Shown here: positions 9,105-17,829 of the stretch, piece by piece
Numbering within the stretch: the first letter of the stretch is position 1
Layout of the letters: every line of letters begins with the position of its first letter
DNA from: Chloroflexota bacterium
GTDB taxonomy: Bacteria > Chloroflexota > Limnocylindria > Limnocylindrales > CSP1-4
Assembly (NCBI GenBank): GCA_004297395.1
Contig: SCUO01000038.1
Coordinates: forward strand, 6,154-70,153
DNA length: 64,000 nt
Direction: 5' to 3'
Program-made: the position numbers and the translations under genes
The notes under the pieces: model-generated
The model's database searches: none
What the model saw: the letters and a program-made list of their open reading frames with translations, nothing else
What the model was told of the DNA's origin: nothing

Positions 9105-9796
9105 GCATCCAGTCCCCGTCCCAGGTGGAGATCGGCGCCCGGCCGTCGGCCGCCGAGGCGACCGGCTACCTCGGCCAGGCCTTCCTGTGGATGTTCGCCG
9201 GGCTGCTGCTGACTGCCGCCGTGACGGGCGTGGTCCAGGGCAACCAGTCCGTCCTGGAGCAGGTCGCGGAGCTGTGGCTCCCGATCCTCATCGGGCTGTT
9301 CGTCCTCGTCCTCGCCATCCAGTGGGCCATTCCGCGGGTCTCGCCGACCATCAGCCTGGGCCTGTTCTTCGTGTACGCCGCGGCTCTCGGCTTCGTCATC
9401 GCGGTCGTCGTCTCGGCCTACACCCTGCCGTCGGTCGGGTCCGCGTTCCTGTCCGCCGCGGCGATGTTCGGGGCAGCCGGCCTCTACGGTGTCGTCACGA
9501 AGCGCTCGCTGGCGGGCCTCGGGGCGATGGCCGGCATGGCCATCTGGGGCCTGTTCGTGGCGATCATCGTGAACGTCTTCCTGGGCAGCGACACGATCGG
9601 GTTCGTGATCTCGATCATCGGCGTGATCCTGTTCACGATCCTGACCGCGTACGACACCCAGCGGATCAGCTCCGGCGCGCTCGTCGCCCAGACGGGCTCG
9701 GTGGAGAAGGCCGCCATCCTCGGCGCCGTCCACCTCTACCTCGACTTCGTCAACCTCTTCCTGTTCTTGCTGAGGTTGCTCGGCAGCAGGCGCTGA
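9101..9796 (+). CDS. Bax-inhibitor-1/YccA-family membrane protein
   Basis: ATG 9101 overlaps the upstream stop (ATGA), with aggagga 6 nt upstream. The protein has 7 predicted TM helices and the C-terminal motif ILGAVHLYLDFVNLFLFLLRLLG. Confidence 0.85.
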   Translation: MSIQSPSQVEIGARPSAAEATGYLGQAFLWMFAGLLLTAAVTGVVQGNQSVLEQVAELWLPILIGLFVLVLAIQWAIPRVSPTISLGLFFVYAAALGFVIAVVVSAYTLPSVGSAFLSAAAMFGAAGLYGVVTKRSLAGLGAMAGMAIWGLFVAIIVNVFLGSDTIGFVISIIGVILFTILTAYDTQRISSGALVAQTGSVEKAAILGAVHLYLDFVNLFLFLLRLLGSRR

Positions 9797-12700
9797 CCCG
9801 GCCCCGTCGACAGGATCGCCTCGATCCGTTCGGGTGCCAGGGGCCGCGACCAGGCATAGCCCTGGCCCAGGTCGCAGCCGAGCTCGCGGAGCCGGCGCGC
9901 CTGGAGCGGCGTCTCGATGCCCTCGGCCACGACGCTGATGCCGAGGCCGTGGGCGAGTGACAGGACGGCCTGGACGATGGCCACGTTGCGGTCGGTCTCG
10001 TCGAGCTCGGTCACGAACGCCCGGTCGATCTTGATCGTGTCGAGCGGCAGCTGCCGGAGGTAGGCCAGCGACGACCAGCCCGTCCCGAAGTCGTCGAGGA
10101 CGAGACGGACGCCCAGGCCCCGCAGGTCGGCCAGGGCCCGGAGACCGGCCTCCGAGCGGTCCATCACCGACGTCTCGGTGATCTCGAGCTCGAGGGCTGA
10201 CGGGTCGAGGCCCGACACCTGGAGAACCTCGCCGATCGAGGCCACGAGGCCCGGGTCGCCGAACTGGCGAGGCGAGAGGTTGACGCTCATCACCAGGCGC
10301 TCGCCGGGCCATCGCTCTCGCCACGCGCGGGCCTGACGGCAGGCCAGCTCGAGGACCTGCGCCCCGAGCGGGATGATGAGGTTGGTCTCCTCGGCCAGGG
10401 GGATGAACGTTGCCGGCGGGACAAGCCCGCGGCGCGGGTGGGGCCAGCGGGCCAGGGCCTCGAATCCCACGATCCGCTCGGTCCGGAGGTCGACGATGGG
10501 CTGGTAGTGGACGATCAGCTCGCGCCGCTCGATGGCGCCCCGGAGGTCGGCCTCGAGGTCGACCCGCTCGATCGCCTCGCGGCTCCGGACGGGGTCGAAC
10601 CGGGCGACGCGGAGGGTCGGGTCGGCCTGGGCCTGGACGAGGGCCACCTCGGCCTCGCGCAGGAGATCGCCGGCGCTGGACAGACCCGGCCGGCCCACGG
10701 CCAGGCCCATGCTCGCCGAGATGAACCACACTCGCCCATCGAGCTCGAAGGGGGCCTTGAGCTCCGTCAGCACGCCGTCGGTGAAGCGCGTCGCCCGCTC
10801 CGGGTCGCCCGGCGAGAGGAGGACGCCGAACTCGTCGCCACCGAAGCGCGCGGCCACGTCACCGGGTCCCAGGCCGAGCGCTACCCGCCGTCCCACTTCG
10901 CGCAGGACCCGGTCGCCCTCGGCGTGGCCGAGGGACTCGTTGATGACCTTGAACCGGTCGACGTCGAGGAGGATCACGGTCACCGGGGCGGGCGGCTGGG
11001 ACGCGGCCTCGCCGGCCGCCGTGTCGCCGGCCGCGGTCTCGCCGGCCGCGGTCTCGCCGGCCGCGCTGTCGCCGATCCCCGAGATCGGGTCGAGGGCCTC
11101 GTCAATCCGGCGGAGCAGGATCTCGCGTGCGGGAAGCCCGGTCACCGGGTCGACCGGCTCGTGGCGAGCGGCCTCCTGGAGCTGGGCGTTCTGAAGGGCG
11201 ATGGAGGCGAGCTGGGCGAACCGGTTCACGGCCTCGACCTCGGGCTCGCGCCAGGTCCGCTCGGTCGGCCCCGTGGCGAGGCCGATGACCCCGACGACCT
11301 GCCCGCCTGACGTCAGTGGCACGCCCAGGACGGCCCCGATCTGGGGGCCATCGAAGACCGGCGAGCGACCCGCGAACGTCGCGTAGTCGTCGATGGCGAT
11401 CGGTTGGCCGGCCCGGAAGACAGCGCCGGCCAGGCCCTCGTCGATGGACATCGAGTGGCCGACGTACGCCGCGAAGAGGCCCAGCCCGGCCCGGATCTCC
11501 AGCGTCACGCCGTCGGCCTCCACGAGGTACAGGTAGGCGTGCGGCGTGCCGAGCAGGCGGGCCGCCCGGGACAGGATCGTCCGAAGCAGCTGGTCCGGGC
11601 TGCTGCCCTCGAGGAGCTCGCCCGCCGTCTCGTTGAGGGCGGCGACGAAGGGATCCCGGGAGCCACCCCGGAGGCGCGAGCCCTTGGCCAGGTAGAGCGC
11701 CGAATCCGCGGTCTCGACGAGGGCATCCTTGGTCAAGCCGTCATCCGGGAAGCAGGCAACCCCGACGCTGATCGAGGTCTCGGGGCCGTCCGAGGCTCGG
11801 AGGGCCTCGACCGCGACCCGGATTCGCTCGGCCACCTCCTCGGCGCCAGCCCGGGCGCTCTCGGTGAGAATCACCGCGAACTCGTCGCCGCCGTAGCGGT
11901 AGGCACGGTCGGCCGTCCGGATCGAGGACTCGATGGCCCGGGCGACGCGGGCCAGGAGGAGATCGCCGGCCGGGTGGCCCACGGTGTCGTTGTAGGTCTT
12001 GAACCGATCGAGGTCCATCATCAGGACGGCGAAGCGCTGATCGCCGGGTGCCGCCACCGTCGCCCCCAGCTCGCGCTGGAAGCTGCCGTGGTTGCGGAGG
12101 CCGGTCAGCGCGTCGCGCTCGGCCTGGACCTTGACCTCGCCGTGGGTCTCGGCGTTGCGGAGGGCGATCGCCGCCTGGGCCGCGAAGAGCTTCGTGAGCT
12201 CGAACTCGTTCTCCGAGAAGTGCGATTCCTCCCGGCCCATCCGGCCGATGTTCAGGGTTCCCAGGACCTCACCTTCGACGATGAGGGGAACGATGATCAT
12301 CGACTCGTCCTCGGACGGCGTGCCCGGGATGAGGATCGACCGCGGGTCCTTCATGGCGTCGTTGGCCAGGACCGCTTCGCGATGCTCGACCGCCCAGCCG
12401 GTGATCCCGGTCCCGATGGGGGCTTCGTAGCCGAGGATGACCTCGGCGAAGCGATCGCGGGCGATGACCGGGCGGCGGACGCCACGTTCGGGATCATTCC
12501 GGTAGATCGTCAGGGCGTCGTAGGCCACGACAGCCTTCAGCGAATCGGCGATGAGCTCCAGGACGCCCGACGGATCGAGGGTCGAGAGGAGCCGCTCGTT
12601 GACCACCATCAGGCGCCGCTGGCTGGCGAGCTGGTGCTCCAGCTCAGCCCGCTGGCGACGGAGCTGCTCCAGGCGCTCCGCGTTGACGAGCGCCTGGGCC

Positions 12701-13995
12701 GCGTAGCCGGCAAAGATCGTCAGGGTCATCTGATCGTCGGACGTGAAGCGGTCCCGTCCGAGCCGTGATACGACGATCGCGCCACGGGCGCGGCCCTCGA
12801 ACGACATCGGCACGAGGAGCATGGATTCGGGCCCGTCGACGGCACCCACGATGACGCTCCGCGTGTCGCCCTGGGCGTCGCCGATCCGGAGGGCCTCGTC
12901 ATGTTCGGCAACCCAGCCGGTGAGTCCCACCCCGATCCTGACCCTGAGCATCTCCGCCGTCGGGTCGGGGGTGCCCATGAAGACGCCCTGGAACGCGACC
13001 GGCTCGCACCAGCCGGAATTCCGGTCGATCCGGTAGATCCGGATCGTGTCGAAGTCGATGAGCGAGCCCGCCTCCGCCACGATCGCCTCACCGATGTCGC
13101 GGACGTCCTGCAGCCCGTTCAGACGTGCGGCCAGGTCCTGGACGGATCGCAGCCGCGCCGCGAGGCTGTTGACCGATTCCACGAGGCGGGCATTGCCGAG
13201 CGCGGCGGCGATGCTGTCGCCGAAGCTGCGGGCAAGCGAGACGTCATCCGCCGACCATTCGTGGGTCCGGTGGTGGTACAGGACGATGATCCCGAGCGGG
13301 TCGCCACGGAACACGACCGGGACGTAGCACACCGTGGCAACGCTGTTGGCGAGGTAGATCTCGCGCAGCCGCGCTGGGATCCCCGGATCGGTGGAGGGTC
13401 GGACAACGAGGACCGCCCCTTCGCGGAGCGCGCGGAGCCCGGTCGTGTCAGCGTCGACCGGGAGGGCGCCGACGTAGTCGATGATGCCCGTGGGGACATT
13501 GCGGGAGGCAGCCAGCTCGAGCGGACGCTCGCGCCGCGGATCCCACTGCCACAGGCCGACCCGGTCGGCCTGGAAGAGCCGGATCGAATCCTCGAGGACG
13601 TCGTCGAGGAGCCGGCCGACATCCGGGTTGCCGGACAGCTCCGCGGCGAGACGGCGGAGGGCGCCGGTGCCGGACGTGTCCGGCCCTGGGCGGGCGGTCT
13701 CGGACGGACCGTTCCCTCCTTGCCCGCCATCGTGTGGTGTCGGGATGTCCCGCCCAGCCGCGGGGCCGCGCGGGCTCGCGAGACCCACGAGCCTTCGGTG
13801 GCGGCGGTCGGCGACAACCCGATCCAGGTCAACCCGGCGGACGCGACGGTCGCCGCGGCGCCGTCCTCCCTGCGACGGCAGGCGCCCGGTCGCGCACCAG
13901 CTGCGGACAGTATGGGGATGGACCTGCGCGATCGTGGCCGCCTGGGCCAGCGTCAGCAGGTCTGCCTCGGGACTCGATCGGGCGGCGAGCGCCAT
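9736..13995 (-). CDS. Multidomain c-di-GMP signalling protein: HTH - GAF x3 - GGDEF - GAF - GGDEF - EAL (~1419 aa)
   Basis: The N-terminus is an excisionase/MerR-like HTH (LLTLAQAATIAQVHPHTVRSWCATGRLP). Four GAF-like blocks are present. GGDEF-1 reads RTADRAYRYGGDEF, with an RxxD I-site. GGDEF-2 reads VAARFGGDEF, with no I-site Arg. The EAL domain shows EALARW, ELEITE, DDFGTGWSSLAYL and EGIET. Start taken at ATG 13995; the ORF opens at 14085. Confidence 0.85.
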   Translation of the reverse strand: MALAARSSPEADLLTLAQAATIAQVHPHTVRSWCATGRLPSQGGRRRGDRRVRRVDLDRVVADRRHRRLVGLASPRGPAAGRDIPTPHDGGQGGNGPSETARPGPDTSGTGALRRLAAELSGNPDVGRLLDDVLEDSIRLFQADRVGLWQWDPRRERPLELAASRNVPTGIIDYVGALPVDADTTGLRALREGAVLVVRPSTDPGIPARLREIYLANSVATVCYVPVVFRGDPLGIIVLYHHRTHEWSADDVSLARSFGDSIAAALGNARLVESVNSLAARLRSVQDLAARLNGLQDVRDIGEAIVAEAGSLIDFDTIRIYRIDRNSGWCEPVAFQGVFMGTPDPTAEMLRVRIGVGLTGWVAEHDEALRIGDAQGDTRSVIVGAVDGPESMLLVPMSFEGRARGAIVVSRLGRDRFTSDDQMTLTIFAGYAAQALVNAERLEQLRRQRAELEHQLASQRRLMVVNERLLSTLDPSGVLELIADSLKAVVAYDALTIYRNDPERGVRRPVIARDRFAEVILGYEAPIGTGITGWAVEHREAVLANDAMKDPRSILIPGTPSEDESMIIVPLIVEGEVLGTLNIGRMGREESHFSENEFELTKLFAAQAAIALRNAETHGEVKVQAERDALTGLRNHGSFQRELGATVAAPGDQRFAVLMMDLDRFKTYNDTVGHPAGDLLLARVARAIESSIRTADRAYRYGGDEFAVILTESARAGAEEVAERIRVAVEALRASDGPETSISVGVACFPDDGLTKDALVETADSALYLAKGSRLRGGSRDPFVAALNETAGELLEGSSPDQLLRTILSRAARLLGTPHAYLYLVEADGVTLEIRAGLGLFAAYVGHSMSIDEGLAGAVFRAGQPIAIDDYATFAGRSPVFDGPQIGAVLGVPLTSGGQVVGVIGLATGPTERTWREPEVEAVNRFAQLASIALQNAQLQEAARHEPVDPVTGLPAREILLRRIDEALDPISGIGDSAAGETAAGETAAGDTAAGEAASQPPAPVTVILLDVDRFKVINESLGHAEGDRVLREVGRRVALGLGPGDVAARFGGDEFGVLLSPGDPERATRFTDGVLTELKAPFELDGRVWFISASMGLAVGRPGLSSAGDLLREAEVALVQAQADPTLRVARFDPVRSREAIERVDLEADLRGAIERRELIVHYQPIVDLRTERIVGFEALARWPHPRRGLVPPATFIPLAEETNLIIPLGAQVLELACRQARAWRERWPGERLVMSVNLSPRQFGDPGLVASIGEVLQVSGLDPSALELEITETSVMDRSEAGLRALADLRGLGVRLVLDDFGTGWSSLAYLRQLPLDTIKIDRAFVTELDETDRNVAIVQAVLSLAHGLGISVVAEGIETPLQARRLRELGCDLGQGYAWSRPLAPERIEAILSTGPGQRLLPSNLSKNRKRLTKSR
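11003..11077. repeat. Five tandem 15-bp units inside the sensor gene (encodes an AAGET-type linker)
   Basis: The units are gcggcctcgccggcc / gccgtgtcgccggcc / gcggtctcgccggcc / gcggtctcgccggcc / gcgctgtcgccgatc. On the minus strand they translate to SAAGETAAGETAAGDTAAGEAAS, located between GAF-4 and GGDEF-2. Confidence 0.85.
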
Positions 13996-14126
13996 GCGGT
14001 TTGCGGGATCCTCCGACTGGGTCGCGACCCCCCGCGCCAGGCTTGAAATCGGTGGTGCGGGCACGCACAGCCCGACACCGGGCAACCGTAGCCGCGGGAT
14101 GCTCCGCGAACGATAGGAAGGGAGTA

Positions 14127-14144
14127 CCGGGTCGCCCGACCCGG
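14127..14144 (-). terminator. GC-rich hairpin after the HAD/ABC operon
   Basis: ccgggtcg-cc-cgacccgg lies 11 nt downstream of the HAD stop on the minus strand. There is no U-tract, so it is only a candidate. Confidence 0.35.
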
Positions 14145-14154
14145 ATGGCTCGAC

Positions 14155-14928
14155 TCAGGCCGGCGGGCGCAGGTCGACGATCGACTCGACGATCAGGTCC
14201 GCGGCCGGTGCCAGGGTCGGTCGGTCGCCGACGCCGGTCAGGACGCCGACCACGACACGGACCCCGGCGGCCCGGCCCATGGCCAGGTCTGCCGGTGAGT
14301 CGCCGATCATCGCGGTCCTGGATTCCGGGACACCGAGCGTATGGCAGAGCCACTGGATTGCGGCCGGATCGGGCTTGACCGGACGACCGTCGTCGGCGCA
14401 GGCGATGGCCTCGACGAGGTCCGCCACGTTCAGCTTGGCGAGCGTGCGCTCGGTCGGCTCTCGGTCGTCCGAGGTCGCCACGGCGATCCGGACGCCCGCC
14501 GCCCGGAGGGCGGTGAAGAAGGCCGGCAGATCAGTGATGGGCCGCGCCAGGGCAACGGGATCCGGGGCGTGCCAGGCGGCGTCCACGATCCGTCGCGCCT
14601 CTTCCGGGCCGACGGCCGGTCCTTCCGGCCCACCGCCCGCCACGGCCGCGGTGAGGGCTTCCCGCAGCCGGGCCATCGGCGTGGCGGCCAGTCCGCCGTG
14701 CGGGTACACCCGGCCCGTATCGACGTCCACGCCCATCACGTCATGGACGAGGTCATCCAGGCGCCGGCCGCGGTTGGCGGCCGCGAGCCGGTCACCGAGC
14801 TCGCGCACCCAGCCGGCCCACATCCGGTCGAACTCGATGAGCGTGCCGTCCTTGTCGAAGATCGCCAGCTCGACGCCGGCGAGCGCGTACCCCGCGGGGG
14901 ACTGGCCTCCCGGCACAGTCCCGCTCAC
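14155..14928 (-). CDS. HAD-superfamily hydrolase/phosphatase
   Basis: HAD motif I is IFDKDGTLIEF; motif II is VATSD; motifs III/IV are KPDP...MIGDSPADLAMGRAAG. The GTG start overlaps the ABC ATPase stop (GTGA). Confidence 0.8.
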   Translation of the reverse strand: MSGTVPGGQSPAGYALAGVELAIFDKDGTLIEFDRMWAGWVRELGDRLAAANRGRRLDDLVHDVMGVDVDTGRVYPHGGLAATPMARLREALTAAVAGGGPEGPAVGPEEARRIVDAAWHAPDPVALARPITDLPAFFTALRAAGVRIAVATSDDREPTERTLAKLNVADLVEAIACADDGRPVKPDPAAIQWLCHTLGVPESRTAMIGDSPADLAMGRAAGVRVVVGVLTGVGDRPTLAPAADLIVESIVDLRPPA

Positions 14929-16022
14929 GCCTCCGCGATGAGGTCGTCGGGCTCGATGACGGGCACCGATTCGAGGACCAGGGGGCCCTCGGTCGGGAAC
15001 GAGATCGAGGCCGACGCCTCGAGCTGGGGCAGGACCAGGGTCGGCTCGTTGAACTCGTCGACGGTGACGACGACGCCCTCGGCGACCTGAATCCGGATGC
15101 GGACGATCGAGCCGAGGAAGCTGACGTCGGCGACCGTGCCGCGGAGGACGTTCTCGCCACCGGCCTCGCCCAGCGACACCATCTCCGGCCGGAGGGCCAG
15201 CGAGATCGTGCTGCCGGTCCGGGCCGAGATCGGGCGATTGATCCGGAACGCCTGGCCGGCCACGCTGAGGCCTCCGCCGCCCGGATCGACCACGACCGCC
15301 GGCAGGACGTTGAGCGTGCCCACGAACGAGGCCACGAAGCCCGTCGCCGGGAAGTTGTAGACGTCGAACGGCGAGCCGATCTGCTCGATTCGGCCCTCGC
15401 TCATGACCACGACCCGGTCGGACAACGAAAGCGCTTCCTCCTGGTCGTGGGTGACGTAGACGGTCGTGATCCCGAGCTGCCGCTGGATCGCCCGGATCTC
15501 GTGGCGGAGGGAGACCCGGATCTTGGCGTCGAGGGCCGACAGGGGCTCGTCGAGGAGCAGGACCTGGGGCTCAAAGGCGAGGGCGCGGGCCAGGGCCACG
15601 CGCTGCTGCTGGCCGCCCGACAGCTGGTACGGGTAGCGGGCCATCTTGTCGCCGAGGTGGACGAGCTCGAGGAGCTCTCCAACCCGCTTCCGGATTTGGT
15701 CGCCGGGTCGCTTCCGGACCTTGAGCCCGAAGCCGACGTTGTCGCCGACGGTCATATTTGGGAACAGGGCGTACGACTGGAACACCATGCCCACGTTGCG
15801 GCGGTTCGGCGGCCGGTGGGTGATGTCCGTGCCGTCGAGGACGATCGCGCCGGCGGTTGGGACCTCGAAGCCGGCGATCATCCGGAGGGTCGTCGTCTTG
15901 CCGCAGCCCGACGGCCCGAGGAACGAGACGAATTCGCCGCGCTCGGCGGCGAGGTTGAAGTCCTCGACCGCCACGGTCGGCCCGAAGTGCTTCTGCACGC
16001 CGGTCAATTCGAGGAAGCTCAT
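14925..16022 (-). CDS. ABC importer ATP-binding protein (PotA/MalK-like, with C-terminal regulatory/TOBE-like domain)
   Basis: Walker A is GPSGCGKTT, the Q-loop is MVFQSYALFP, the signature is LSGGQQQRVALARAL, and Walker B is LLLDEPLSALD. Confidence 0.9.
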   Translation of the reverse strand: MSFLELTGVQKHFGPTVAVEDFNLAAERGEFVSFLGPSGCGKTTTLRMIAGFEVPTAGAIVLDGTDITHRPPNRRNVGMVFQSYALFPNMTVGDNVGFGLKVRKRPGDQIRKRVGELLELVHLGDKMARYPYQLSGGQQQRVALARALAFEPQVLLLDEPLSALDAKIRVSLRHEIRAIQRQLGITTVYVTHDQEEALSLSDRVVVMSEGRIEQIGSPFDVYNFPATGFVASFVGTLNVLPAVVVDPGGGGLSVAGQAFRINRPISARTGSTISLALRPEMVSLGEAGGENVLRGTVADVSFLGSIVRIRIQVAEGVVVTVDEFNEPTLVLPQLEASASISFPTEGPLVLESVPVIEPDDLIAEA

Positions 16023-16037
16023 CGTCGCTCCGTACTC

Positions 16038-16907
16038 CTAGCGGGCACCGGCGACCTGGACGCGCGTCCGCGCCCCGCGGCCGAGGAAGGCGATCGCGCC
16101 CATCGCCAGCCAGGTAAGGCCGAAGCTGATGAGCGATACGGCGGCAGGTGTGTAGGGCTGGCTCCGGCCGAGCAGCGACAGGTACGGCCCGAACGCCTGG
16201 GTTCGGGCGAGGAAGTTCGCGATCGTGTACTCGCCGATGACGATCGCCATCGTCAGGAACGCCCCCGACAGGAGGGCCGTCCTGAGGTTCGGAAAGATGA
16301 CCCGCCACAGGATCCGTGCCCAGCCGGCGCCCAGGCTCTGGGCCGCCTCGGTCAGCGTCCGGACGTCGATGGCGGCGAGCCCGGTGTCGACCGCACGGTA
16401 CATGTACGGGAACGACAGGATCACGTAGGCGCAGACCAGGACGAAGTCGCTGCCGATGTTCGTAGCCGTCAGGACGAGGGGCTTGCTGCTGTAGACCCGG
16501 ATGAGGCCGAAGACAAGGACGACCGGCGGGATCACGAACGGCATGAGGGTCACGAACTCGACGACCGGTCGCAGCCGGGGCACCTTGAGCCGGACCCAGT
16601 ACGCGGTCGGCACGATGATCAGCAGGCTCACGACGATCGTGATCACGCCGACCGCGAACGAATAGCCGAGGCCGACGAAGAACTTCGAGTCGGCGAAGAC
16701 CTGGCGGTAGGCCAGGAAGATGTCGGGCCGGGTCCTCGTGGAGTGGATGAAGGTGCCGACGAGCGGCAGGAAGAAGTACAGGACGCCGAGGATGAAAATC
16801 AGCCACGCGAACGGGTTGATGCGTGGCAGGCGCCGCCGCCGGCCCGATGACGCGAGCGAGTCCAGGACCCCGGGGGCCCGAGTCTCGATGGTCATGACCG
16901 GAGCCAC
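16038..16907 (-). CDS. ABC transporter permease
   Basis: A polytopic protein with an EAA-like loop (LTEAAQSLGAGWARILWRVIFPNL). Confidence 0.85.
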   Translation of the reverse strand: MAPVMTIETRAPGVLDSLASSGRRRRLPRINPFAWLIFILGVLYFFLPLVGTFIHSTRTRPDIFLAYRQVFADSKFFVGLGYSFAVGVITIVVSLLIIVPTAYWVRLKVPRLRPVVEFVTLMPFVIPPVVLVFGLIRVYSSKPLVLTATNIGSDFVLVCAYVILSFPYMYRAVDTGLAAIDVRTLTEAAQSLGAGWARILWRVIFPNLRTALLSGAFLTMAIVIGEYTIANFLARTQAFGPYLSLLGRSQPYTPAAVSLISFGLTWLAMGAIAFLGRGARTRVQVAGAR

Positions 16908-17794
16908 CGTTCGGCCCGCCGCTGGAGCAGCGAGTACAGGCCGATCGCCAGCGCCATGATCGCGACCATCCCCATCGCCATCGCGTAGCCGAGACCGGGG
17001 TTGTGGAGCACATCGCCGCGGATCTGGGCGCCGATGATGATCGGCACCAGGTTGAGCGTCCCGCCGGTCAGCTGGAAGGCCGTCGCCTGGGCCCCGAAGG
17101 CATTGCCGAAGAGCAGGATCATCGTCCCGAGGATCGACGGGGTGAGGATCGGCAGGGCGACGTGGCGCCAGTACTGGTAGGTGCTCGCGCCCATGTTCTC
17201 GGCGGCCTCGCGCCAGTCCCGGCGAAGGCCCTCGAGGGCCGGCGCGATGATCAGGACCATGAGCGGGAACTGGAAGTACAGGTAGACGAGCTCGACGCCG
17301 AGCTTTGACGTCAGGCGGAAGCCGCCCTGGTAGATGTTGATACCGAGGTCCTTGAGCAGCACCGTCAGGAAGCTCAGCTGACCGAGGGTGAAGATGAAGG
17401 CCAGGGCCAGGGGCACGCCGGCGAAGTTCGAGGCGACCCCGGAGAACGTCATGAGGGCCGTTCGCAGGAACCGTGGCAGGCCGCCGAGGATGACCGAGTA
17501 GGCCAGCAGCAGCCCGAAGATCCCGCCGGCAACGGCCGTGACGAGACTGACCTCGATCGTCGTCAGGAAGGCCCCCGGGATGGTCCCGGTCTGGAGGTCC
17601 GAGTAGTTCTTGAGCGTCAGGTCACCATCGTTGTTCCGGAAGCTGCCGACGATGAGATAGAAGGCCGGCAGGAACATGAAGGCGACGGAGAACAGGAAGA
17701 ACGGCAGGAGGCCCAGCCAGGCCAGGTTGAAGCGTCGACGGGCAGGGAGCACCGATGGCACTCCCTGCCCGCCCTGGCTCGTGGCGACGGCCAC
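16892..17794 (-). CDS. ABC transporter permease
   Basis: A polytopic protein with an EAA-like loop (WREAAENMGASTYQYWRHVALPIL). It overlaps the next permease gene by 16 nt. Confidence 0.85.
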   Translation of the reverse strand: MAVATSQGGQGVPSVLPARRRFNLAWLGLLPFFLFSVAFMFLPAFYLIVGSFRNNDGDLTLKNYSDLQTGTIPGAFLTTIEVSLVTAVAGGIFGLLLAYSVILGGLPRFLRTALMTFSGVASNFAGVPLALAFIFTLGQLSFLTVLLKDLGINIYQGGFRLTSKLGVELVYLYFQFPLMVLIIAPALEGLRRDWREAAENMGASTYQYWRHVALPILTPSILGTMILLFGNAFGAQATAFQLTGGTLNLVPIIIGAQIRGDVLHNPGLGYAMAMGMVAIMALAIGLYSLLQRRAERWLRS

Positions 17795-17829
17795 GAAGCT
17801 CGCTCAGGTACCGCGATGCGGTCGTGCGG

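Noticed and set aside
8552-10729. Very long antisense or alternative-frame ORFs. Examples: 8552..10729(-), 15447..16850(+), 15571..17013(-), 23815..25311(-), 26892..29147(-), 37765..39735(-), 40056..41474(-), 48541..49827(-), 53327..54847(-), 53974..55566(+), 60877..62151(-).
   Set aside because: All overlap genes with clear family motifs on the other strand or frame. Their translations are dominated by R/G/P/A/D runs with no recognisable domains. Stop-codon scarcity in GC-rich DNA explains their length.
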